This document shows, one piece after another, positions 38,056 through 48,340 of a stretch of 64,000 bases of DNA. Numbering within the stretch: position 1 is the stretch's first letter; each line of letters begins with the position of its first letter. The translations under genes were made by a program, and so were the position numbers. The notes beneath the pieces were generated by a model that did no database searches, had not been told where the DNA came from, and was given only the letters and a program-made list of their open reading frames with translations. Source of the stretch: Mustelus asterias (Eukaryota); contig NC_135830.1 in the NCBI RefSeq assembly GCF_964213995.1, positions 6,448,001-6,512,000 on the forward strand. Reading direction: 5' to 3'.

Positions 38056-38689
38056 CTCCCCTCAGTTAATTTGATTTAGTTTACTTGTTTACTCAATAAG
38101 ATTGACAGCAATCTCTCCTATTTGATGATTTTGTAGCCCCTTTTTCATAAAAGATATACACAAGTTTGTTATTTCAATTAGACCTGTCTTCATTCCCGAG
38201 CCGAGGGGATTTCTGTACCAGACGGGAGGGGTAACATTTGGGAACGCTTGATTCTCCACCAATTCCCATTCCCCTTCTTTCTGGGGGATAATGGAGGTGT
38301 CACTGTGTGTAATGTGCAGGTCAGCAAGAATTGTCAGAAGGATTAATCAGCACTTTCTAATTGGAGATGTTCATCAGTGGAACCTCTCAGACACTGAATT
38401 GTCGAGTTTGAACCAAAGATCAATTTAGGATTGAAGTAAAAGTTCAATATTTGTGGCAAACTGATTGCTGGTGGAATTCTCTGAATTCAGGGGAATGATC
38501 ACAGACACATATTCTTAAAGGGAGGCTGCAGGCCCAGGAACACAATCAGCTAACGAACGAGAATCTTAAACTCCAGCCAGAACTATTGTTGGTAACATCA
38601 GAGAGACAAACCTGAATTGTCAGAATGAACATGGTTCAGTCCTGAGTATAGTGAACCCCAGCAACATCAGTGGAATCCAAACCCTTTAG

Positions 38690-39280
38690 TCACTTGTGAA
38701 CTTGCTGGTGTGTCAGCAGGTGGGCTAGCTGACTGAATCCCCTCTCACACACTGAACAGGTGAATGACCTCTCCCGGGTGTGAATTCGCTGGTGTGTCAA
38801 AAGGTTGGATGAAGTTGTGAATCCTTTCTCACACATGGAACAAACGAATGGTCTCTCGCCAGTGTGAACTCACTGGTGTGTAAGCAGGTTTGATGAATTA
38901 GTGAATCGCTTCTCACACACAGAGCAGGTGAATGGCCTCTCCCCAGTGTGAACGCGCTGGTGTGTCAGCAGCTGGGATAACTGAGTGAATCCCCTCCCAC
39001 AAACAGAGCAGGTGAATGGCTTCTCTCCAGTATGAACTCTCCAGTGTATCAGAAGCTCAGATGATTGAGTGAATCCCTTCCCACATACACAACAGGGGAA
39101 CGGTCTCTCCCCCGTGTGAAATCGCTGGTGTCTCAGCAGAATGGTTGACTGAGTGAATCCCTTCCCACATACAGAGCAGGTGAATGGTTTCTCTCCAGTG
39201 TGACTGCGTCGATGAATTTCCAGCAGGGATGGATACTTGAATTCCTTTCCACAATCCCCACATTTACACGGTTTCTCTGT
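38690..39280 (-). pseudogene. ZNF gene 7, 7 fingers, start codon lost and premature stop
   Basis: Family start ACC ATG GAG AAA reads ACC ACA GAG AAA; CGA>TGA at 38870-38872; otherwise in frame to HQQVHK*. Confidence 0.85.
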
Positions 39281-39857
39281 GGTGCTGGTATCCTTGTTTC
39301 TCTCCAGGTTGGTTGATCAGTTCAAGCCTCGTACACAGTACACGTGGATTCTATCTGCTTCAAATGTTGAAATGTCTTAAAGGCTATGCAACTTGTTAAA
39401 ACAATCTTCCCTCCACATTCAAAGGCCAATGATACTCACACTCTGATTCACTGAGTATCAGATGTTGATGCGATGTTTGGTTTGCATTTCCTATCTCCAA
39501 ATCCTCTGCTTCTAATAACCTGATAAAGGAGTTTAAAATGTCAGTACAAGATAGAAATTCAGAACAGACAGTTCTCATTTGGTGGAATATTTTTCACTTT
39601 CATTCCCCAAATGACTTTGACCCGGAATTGATCCTTAATTAAATATTTTCTCCACAAATCCTCAGCTTCTAATATGCTGTCAATGGGGTTTACAAATGTA
39701 ACCAAATGTCAGTCCAGGACAGAAACTCTGAACAAACAATTCTAGTTTCTCTGGAACATTTTATCCTCTCTTGTTCCCCCAAATCTGTAAATTCCCGTCC
39801 CACACACTCTCTGGATATCCAAATTAAGTTTTAGATAATTTTTTCCAGATCCTTTTA

Positions 39858-40148
39858 AAGTAAAGTCCATTTATTAGTCACAAGTAGGCTTACATTAACA
39901 CCGCAATGAAGTTACCATGAAAATCCCCTACTCGCCACACTCCAGCGCCTGTTCGGGTCCACTGAGAGAGAATTTAGCATGGCCAATGCACCTAACCAGC
40001 ACATTTTTCAGATTGTGGAAGGAAACCGGAGCACCCGGAGGAAACCCACGCAGACATAGGGAGGACATGCAAACTCCACACAGACCCAATCCGGGAAACG
40101 AACCCAGGTCCCTGGCGCTGAAAAGCAGCAGTGCTAACCACTGTACCA
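39858..40148 (-). mobile_element. V-SINE subfamily with a different 3' tail (..GTAAGCCTACTTGTGACTAATAAA)
   Basis: HE1-like head and core but a non-CR1 tail; second copy at 44691-44960 (+) nested in another SINE. Confidence 0.75.
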
Positions 40149-40499
40149 TTTGTCAAATTTTTGACAAATTTAACAAAAAAAACCAATTTTAACAAAAATA
40201 ACAAACTGAACATAATTTCATTCATACCTTGTGACAAAACAGGAATCTGAATCTTGTGCCAGAATGGAATGTGTGGAGATTTTCTCAGAGAAACCTCAGT
40301 CACCCTCACTGAGACTAACTTTAAATTGTAGATTGTATTAATTGAATGGATTTGAAGCCCTGTCCCCAGAACATTGTGCTGTCTCTCTGGATTACTAATG
40401 CAGTGACATTGCCACTCGGTCAGTGTGTCCCCTTCTCTCTTTGTTGGAGATGGTTTGTGGGGAGAAGCCGGAAGCAGTGGACAGGGAGAGTGGAGAATG

Positions 40500-41060
40500 T
40501 TCATTGTAAACCCCACCCCCCAGCACTGACCTCTCACCCGACACCTCACAATGCCCGGGGACTGATTGACGGCAGCTCCGGGCCAATAGAGGGAGAGGAA
40601 GCTGGACGGTCGCGAGGGAGCAGCTGGTCCTCCGACCAATCGGAGTGAATGAGGGGCGGGGCTGAGTGAAGCATGCGCAGTGCGGGTAATGGCGATGGAG
40701 ACATTCTTTCTCGGATCCACAATCAGTAAAGGTGGGAATGGCGGGGCGGAGGACGCGATAGACCAGGCGGGGGTTTGGAGAGGCGTCGTAAACATGTTAC
40801 GTAAGCTGCGAACTCTTAAAAAGAACTGAGCGATATCAGAGGATGGTCCCGGCCCTCAGCGCAGAGCAGGGCCTCGGCATTCTCCCAGTTACAGACCCGG
40901 GTTCATCAGGGCCATCGTCATCGGGGCACGAGCAACACGGCGCGTGCGCAGTCGCCGTCTTCAGTCGGCGCACAAGCAACACGGCGCATGCGCAGTAGCC
41001 GTCTTCAGTCGGCGCACGAGCAACACGGCGCATGCGCAGTCGCCATCTTTGTTTGGGGCA
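40500..41060. promoter_or_regulatory. CpG-rich promoter between divergent ZNF genes 7 and 8
   Basis: CCAAT x2, GGGGCGGGG, GCATGCGCA sites, CGCCATCTT (YY1). Confidence 0.65.
40926..41049. repeat. 44-bp tandem repeat (~2.8 copies), each unit with NRF1-like and YY1-like motifs
   Basis: Unit GCACGAGCAACACGGCGCATGCGCAGTCGCCGTCTTCAGTCGGC. Confidence 0.85.
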
Positions 41061-41737
41061 ATGTTTTGGAATTACCACTGACAGAATGTGAATAACTTGA
41101 CCATCGACCTGCTTCACCCTTTCACTTCCAATTTCTTACTGACGAGAACAACGATATCAGGGCAGTTGCAATCATTTATATTCATATTGTGTCTTTAACA
41201 TAATAAAACAGCCCCAGACATTTTCTCACAAATATTAGACAGTGACATTTGATACTGAGCTATATTAGGACAGGTGACCAAATGTTTGGTCAAAGAGGTG
41301 GGTTTTAAAGAAAGCAGAGGTGATGGACAGGCAGAGAGATTTGAAGAAGAGATTGCAGAGCTTGTGGCCTGTGCAACTGAAAGGATGATTTGTAATGGTA
41401 TAATGATTAAAACTGAGAATGCTCAAGAGGAATTAGATTATCGTTGAGATCTCAGAGGAGTGTGTGGCTGGAGAAGATTACAGACACAGGAATGATTGTA
41501 ACCATGGAGGAAAACAAAGATGAGAATTTTAAAATTCTGATGCTTCTTAAAAGGAAGCATTTGTAGATCAGCAAGCATAGGGGCGATGGGTGAACATGAT
41601 TTGGTGTGAGTAAGCATATGGGCAGTTTAGGATGGTTTGGAGGGGGTTGCTTAATGTTGGAGGCCGGTTGGAACTGTATTGGAATTGTTTAGTCTGGAGG
41701 TAAGAAAGGAATGGATGATGGATTCTGCAGCGACATG

Positions 41738-42040
41738 ATGGCACAGTGGTTAGCACTGCTGCCTCACAGTGCCAGGGACCCGGGTTTGATTCCCAGCTTG
41801 GGTCACTGTCTGTGTGGAGTTTTCACATTCTTCCTGTGTCTGCGTGGGTTTCCTCCGGGTGCTCCAGTTTCCTCCCATACTCCAGAGATGTGTGGATTAG
41901 GTTGATTGGCCATGCTAAGTTGCCCCTTAGTGTCAGGGTTTAGCAGGGTAAATACATGGGGCGATGGGGATAGGGCTGAGGTGGGATTGTTGTCGGTGTG
42001 GGCTTTATGGGCCGAATGGGCACTGTAGAGATTCTATGAT
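41738..42040 (+). mobile_element. HE1-type SINE inside an old L2-like fragment (~41160-42320)
   Basis: SINE head, core and tail are clear; flanks are purine-rich, degenerate LINE-like sequence. Confidence 0.78.
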
Positions 42041-42829
42041 TAACTGAGGCTAAGGCAGAGTTGGGGGATGTTACTGAGGTGGAAATAGATGATTTTGGTG
42101 ATGATGTGGATATGTGGTCTAAAACTCTTCTCAAGTAAGACACCATGGTTGTGAACAACTTAGTTCAGCTTCAGATATTTAACATGGAGAGGGCGGAGTC
42201 AGTTGTGAGGGTGGTGAAGTTTATCATGGGGACTGAAGACAATGACTCCAGTCTTCCCGATATTTAAATGCTGGAAACTTCTGCTCATGCAGTAATTGAT
42301 GTCAGACAAGTCAGGATGTTGTATGAGTTGGAGGGGAACTAGGAGGTAATGATCTTCACATGCACCTACTACCCTGGTCCAGCTAAATGGTGGAGGTTGA
42401 GAGATTAGGACATTCTGTCAGAGTTCTGGTCAGGATGTAGATGTAGAGAAACCCTCTCCTTCACCCTCTGCTTCTTCCACCTCTCTCTCACCCCTTCGAT
42501 AGATATTGGTTCATGTGTCAGTCCAGACCAGGTGGCAGGTTTCCTTCCCTGAAGCACATGAGTGAATCAGTTGGGTTTTTATGACGATCCAGCAGCTTTC
42601 ATGGCCACTTTTTCTTAATGCCGGCCCCACAAATTACCCCATTCATTCAGCTCAATTTCACAACCTGTTTTTGTGTGTTCTCTCTCACTCCCTTTTTTTC
42701 TGTTTTAAATCAATTTCATCGTGTCTTAGAAGATTAGGATTTGCAGTTGGGAAACTGAACCAAATTCCACATCAGGATCTCACAGAGTCGCCTAAATTTT
42801 TGTGACCGGAATACCATCGGATTTTGAAC

Positions 42830-43783
42830 ATGGAAGGAAAAAGCACCGTTCACAGTGGGGAGAAACCATACTCGTGTTCCGTTTGTGGACAAGACTTCAA
42901 CCAGTCATCTGGCCTGTTCAAACATAAATGCAGTCATGATGGGGAGAAGCCGTGGAAATGTGGGGTCTGTGGGAAGGGATTCAATTACCCATCCCAGCTG
43001 GAAACCCATCGGCGTGGTCACACCAGGGAGAGGCCGTTCACCTGCTCGGACTGCGGGAAGGGATTCACTAAGTTATCCACCCTGCAGAATCACCAGCGCA
43101 CACACACTGGGCAGAGGCCATTCACCTGCTCTTTGTGTGGGAAGGGATTCACTCAGTCATCCACCCTGATTAAACACAAACTAATTCACACTGGGGAGAG
43201 ACCATTCACCTGCTCTGTGTGTGGAATGGGATTCACTCAGTCATCCACGCTGCTGACACACCAGCGAGTTCACACCGGGGAGAAGCGATTCACCTGCTCT
43301 GAGTGTGGAAAGGGATTCACTCACAAATCCACCCTGCTGACACACCAGCAAGTTCACACGAGGCAGAGACCATTCACCTGCTCCCAGTGTGGGAAGGGAT
43401 TTGTTAATTCATCCATCCTAATTACACACCAAAGAGGCCACACTGATGAGAGACCGTTTAAGTGTCTGAAGTGTGGGAAATGTTTTAAAACCTCGCAGGA
43501 ACTGGTGTCCCATCAACAAGTTCACACTGACGAGAAACCATTCAGATGCTCTCACTGTGGGACTGGGTTCAGGCGATCATCTCATCTCACTGTCCATCAG
43601 CGGGTTCACACCGGGGAGAGACCATTCACCTGCACCAAGTGTGGGAAGAGATTCACTCAGTCATCCGCATTGCTGAGACACCAGCAAGTTCACACCGGGG
43701 AGAGACCGTTCACCTGCGCCAAGTGTGGGAAGAGATTCACTCAGTCATCCGCATTGCTGAGACATCAGCAAGTTCATAAATAA
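42830..43783 (+). CDS. Tandem C2H2 zinc-finger protein (gene 8), 11 fingers, 317 aa
   Basis: AACATGG start [16 protein letters not shown]; 11 intact fingers; the last two are near-identical 84-bp duplicates. Confidence 0.92.
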   Translation: MEGKSTVHSGEKPYSCSVCGQDFNQSSGLFKHKCSHDGEKPWKCGVCGKGFNYPSQLETHRRGHTRERPFTCSDCGKGFTKLSTLQNHQRTHTGQRPFTCSLCGKGFTQSSTLIKHKLIHTGERPFTCSVCGMGFTQSSTLLTHQRVHTGEKRFTCSECGKGFTHKSTLLTHQQVHTRQRPFTCSQCGKGFVNSSILITHQRGHTDERPFKCLKCGKCFKTSQELVSHQQVHTDEKPFRCSHCGTGFRRSSHLTVHQRVHTGERPFTCTKCGKRFTQSSALLRHQQVHTGERPFTCAKCGKRFTQSSALLRHQQVHK

Positions 43784-44309
43784 CTGGAGATTGGATGTTG
43801 TTGTCAATCACACTGTGGTCTGCACCTGCTGATGTTAATAAACTTCAGGCCAGTTATAGAGGTGAATATTCTGGACAACATTCAAATACACCGTCTTTGT
43901 GTTAATGTATTCGCTGTTGTCTTTTTAAAAAATCTGTGAATGGTTCTCCTTTTGAAGGGCCTCTCTCCCGTCTCCTCCGTCCTCATCTTCAACAACAAGT
44001 GTGAGGAGCTCGTGGAGCTTCTTTGTCTCTAAGATTGAGACAATCTGATCAGCTGCCTCCCTCCCTTCCACTGGACCACCAGACAAAACTCTCTCTGAAA
44101 TTTCCCTTTTTCCAAGTACTGAACTCACATCTTTCTCCAATTCTTCTGCTATCTCCCATCAAACCCTCTCACTGCTCATCTTGTCCATGAGACCTCCCTT
44201 CATCTCCCTTTACCCTCTAAACCACTGATAACCCAACTTCCCCACATTATCTAATATTGTCAATGGTTCTCTCTTTTGACACTGTCCCTCTCATCTGTAA
44301 CTCACCTTC

Positions 44310-44630
44310 ACTGGTAAATCTCCTCTGCACCCCCTCCAATGCAATCACATCCTTCTTATAATGTGGCGACCAGAACTGCACACAGTATTCCAGCAGTGAC
44401 CTCACCACAGTTCTATGCAACTCCAACATGACTTCCTTGCTTTTGTAATCTATACCTCAATTGATAAAGGCAAGTGTCCTACATGCCTTTTTCACCAGCC
44501 TACTAACATACACTTCTGTCCTCAGAGATCTATAGACAATCACACCCAGGTCCCTTTGTTCCACAGAGCTTACTAGTGTCATGCCGTTCATTGAATTTTT
44601 CCTTGTCAAATTACTCCTTCCAAAAAGTGG
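44310..44630 (-). mobile_element. CR1 fragment
   Basis: MLELHRTVVRSLLEYCVQFWSPHYKKDVIALEGVQRRFT. Confidence 0.8.
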
Positions 44631-46589
44631 AGCACTCTGAGCAAACCTATGCAGACACAGGGAGAACGTGCAAACTCCACACAGAGAGCTGTGGCACGGT
44701 GGTTAGCACTGCTACCTCAGAGTGCCAGGGATCCGGTTCAATTCCGGTCTTGGGTGACTGTGTGGAGTTTGCACGTTCTCTCCGTATCTGCATGGGTTTC
44801 CTCCGGGTGCTCAGGTTTCCTCCCACAGTCTGAAAGACATGCTGGTTCGGTGCATTGGCCGTGCTAAATTCTCCTTCAGTACACCCAAACAGGTGTCGAG
44901 TGTGGCGACTAGGGGATTTTCATAGTAACTTCATTGCAGTGTTAATGTAAGCTTACTCGTACTACCTGAGCCCAGGATTGAACTCAGGTCCCTGGCGCTG
45001 CTGATCACTGTGCCACCCTGCTGCCTGTGTTTTGAAAAATCATGTTAAAATCTGGAACTCAGATGGAACTATAGATTGGTGTTGAGTGGGAAGGTCTGGA
45101 TCACTGCATTACTCCAGAGTGCCTTGGAATCAGATTTACAGAATGGATTCCTGTAATAGCAACAATCCCATTGCTATATGTTGGTCAGACTGAGGAAAGT
45201 ATTTAAACTGGACACCACAGGTGTGTTAAAGGATAACGTACTCATGGAATTTATGAACTATCTGAAAGAATATTGAGAGCAAAGAAATGAATCTGGAAAA
45301 TTGTAGTCACTTCACGTTGTTCCAGGAGAAGTGGGATTAGGTTGTGTAGATGTCAGGTTTTACACAGCACACAGTCAGCCTGTGGTTTCACCCTGGATGA
45401 AGAATCTCTGAATTGTACCATTCAAATCACTCAATGGTTTTATCAGGGGCCAGAATGTCTGCTCAGAAAGAGGAAGGTTGGTGTGAAACCAATGAGAAGT
45501 AACACACACACTCACAGACACCCTTACACACACACTCACAGACACCCTTACACAGACACCCTCACACACACACAGACTCTCAGATGCCTCAAAATATCTC
45601 CTGTTACTTTATTCTTAGTTTTTTTGAAATAAATCCTGAATGAATTATAAAATCACACACAAATACTTGTTGAGCTTCTCCTGAAAGACATCGATACTGT
45701 TCATTTCACTCCCTGTGGTCATGATTTCCATATTCTCACCACTCTTTGGGTGGAGAAATTTATCTTGGATTTCCTATTGGGTTTCTTGGCGACTGTCTTG
45801 TATTGATGGTCTCCAGTTTTGCCTTTCTCCAAAAGAAGAAACATTATTTCAAAACCTTTTATAATTTTGAATCCCTCTATTAGGTTCCCCCTCAGCCTTA
45901 ATTTTTCAAGAAAGCGTGAGCGTGTCAATCCTTTCCTGATAGATAACCAAACACACAGTTTAAAAATCATTTATGGGATGTGGACATCGCTGGCTTGGCC
46001 ACCATTTATTGCTAACCTCAGATTGACGTTGAGAAGGTGGTGGTGAGCTGCTTTCTACATTTCTGGTATCATCATTAAAAATCATCTCTGTACCTTTCTC
46101 CAGTGCAGAGATATCTTTTTTATAATACGGTGACCAAAATGGCATGCAGTGGTCGGTAAGATTCTTGATCAGGGAGTCACAGGTTATCCAAAAGTGGTTT
46201 GAGCTTATCCATGGTTTTAAATCAGAATATTAAGAAGCAACAATTTAAAAATGATGCATTGTAAAAGGGGGGAAAAAAACAGAAGACCCATGGCAGGTGA
46301 CTAGCTGGGGTCTCAGCACTGATCCTGCATTACCCCAATAATCACTGCCTGCCAGTTGGAAAAAGACCTGTTTACTCTTACTCTATTTACTGTCTGCCAA
46401 CAAGTTTTCAATCTCAATACATTCACCCCAATCCCATGTGCTTCAATTTTTATGAAGAAGTTGCTGTGTTGGTGGACGAGGGGAATCGGGTTCACATTTT
46501 CTATCTCCGGGCATAATCATCAACAACTTGTATTTACACAGAGTGTTGTGGGGCTGGAGGAGGTTACTGAGATACTGAGGAACTTTTTT

Positions 46590-46935
46590 AAATTAATTTT
46601 TACTGGATATAGGCGTCACTGACTGGGCCAGCATTTCTTGCCCATCTCTAACTGCCCTCCATTTCAGAGGGCATTTGAGAGTCAACCACATTGCTGTGGG
46701 TCTGGAGTCACATGTAGGCCAGACCAAGTAAGGATGGCAGGTTTCCTTCCCGAAAGGACATGACTGAACCAGAGTGGTTTTGACAACGATCAACAATGGT
46801 TAAGGTTTGTCATTAGACTTTTAATTCGAGATTTTAATTGAATACAAATTTCACCATTGACTGTGGTGGAATTCGAACCTGGGTCCCCAGAGCCTTACCC
46901 TGAGTCCAGTGATAATTCCACTGTGCCACTGCCTC
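46590..46935 (-). mobile_element. Deu-domain SINE
   Basis: GAGAGTCAACCACATTGCTGTGGGTCTGGAGTCACATGTAGGCCAGACC core; head GGTTCGAATTCC. Confidence 0.75.
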
Positions 46936-47318
46936 AACTATTGATCCAATTGCGTCTTGGAAGTGCAGCCTCATTGCGTCTTGGAAGTGCAGCAGAGAGG
47001 GAGAGATTCGCGAGAGGAGTGCTGCGGGTAAGCGCTGTTATTTTTAACTTACTTTTTCACGGGTTTTTTCTTTAAAAATATCTAAACCCGGAAGTGGTCG
47101 CGCAGGGAGGTCTGGGAGAGAGAGATTTTTTTTCCCCAATAAATTGGAACAGAGAGGAATCCCGATACTCTACACTTGTAGAGTATCCCACCCTCCCTCC
47201 TCCTCTAACCTAAAAAAAAGACCCAGTGAGAGCAGGGCTTTGGAGAAAACAGGAGGAGGAAAGGTAAGTTTAAAATTTTCATTCACTTTTTTTTCCCTGT
47301 GTGTTTAAAGGGGCAATT

Positions 47319-48236
47319 ATGAGTGTGAGGCCAGTATGTTGTTTCCAATGTAGGATGTGGGAGGTCCTGGAGGCTCCTAGCCTCCCGGACGACCATATCT
47401 GTGCTGGGTGTGTTGAGCTGCGGTTCCTAAGGGAACATGTTAGGGAACTGGAATTGCAGCTCGAGGACCTTCGCCGGGTTAGGGATAGTGAGGAGGTCAT
47501 TGACAGGAGCTATCGGCAGGTGGTCACACCGGGACCACGGGAGGAGGGTAACTGGGTAACAGTGAGGAAGGAGAAAGCTCAGTTGATGGTGAGCACCCCG
47601 GTGGATGTGCCCCTTAATAATAAGTACTCCTGTCTGAGTACTAATGGGGTGGACAGCCCACCTGGGGGAAGCAGCGGTGGCAGTGTCTCTGGAGCTGAGC
47701 CTGGCCCAGTAGTGCAAAAGGGTAAGGAAAGGAGGGTAGTGCTAATTGGGGACTCTACGGTGAGGGGGTCAGATAGGCGTTTTTGCGGACACAGACGGGA
47801 CTCTCGGATGGTGGTTTGCCTCCCTGGTGCAGGGGTCCGGGATGTCTCTGGTCGAGTCCCAGAAATCCTGAAGGGGGAGGGAGAGGAGCCGAAGGTCGTG
47901 ATGCATATAGGTACTGCTGACATAGGTAGGAAGAGGGAAGGGGTCATGAAAAGAGAATATAGGGAGTTAGGTAGACAGCTGAGAAAGAGGAATGCAAAGG
48001 TAGTAATCTCGGGATTGCTGCCTGTGCCGCGGGAGAGTGAGAACAGGAATCGGTGGAGAATGAATGCGTGGCTGAGGGACTGGAGCAAGGGACAAGGATT
48101 TGGGTACTTGGATCATTGGGACCTCTTTAGGGGCAGGTGTGACCTGTTTAAAAAAGACGGGTGGCACTTGAATCCCAGGGGGACCAATATCCTGGCGGGA
48201 AGGTTGGCTAAGGCTACTGGAGAGACTTTAAACTAG
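47319..48236 (+). CDS. CR1 ORF1: CxxC/CxxC motif, coiled coil and SGNH/GDSL esterase domain
   Basis: CFQC...CAGC, heptad LREHVRELELQLEDL, SGNH blocks LIGDS, LPGA, HIGTAD, DGWHLN. Confidence 0.88.
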   Translation: MSVRPVCCFQCRMWEVLEAPSLPDDHICAGCVELRFLREHVRELELQLEDLRRVRDSEEVIDRSYRQVVTPGPREEGNWVTVRKEKAQLMVSTPVDVPLNNKYSCLSTNGVDSPPGGSSGGSVSGAEPGPVVQKGKERRVVLIGDSTVRGSDRRFCGHRRDSRMVVCLPGAGVRDVSGRVPEILKGEGEEPKVVMHIGTADIGRKREGVMKREYRELGRQLRKRNAKVVISGLLPVPRESENRNRWRMNAWLRDWSKGQGFGYLDHWDLFRGRCDLFKKDGWHLNPRGTNILAGRLAKATGETLN

Positions 48237-48340
48237 AAAGGTTGGGGGGAGGGAATCGAAATGAGGGGACTGAGAGCGAGGAGGTTAGCTCGCAAATAGA
48301 TAAGGAATGTAAACAGGGTAAGAGGGAGGTTAGACGAGTG

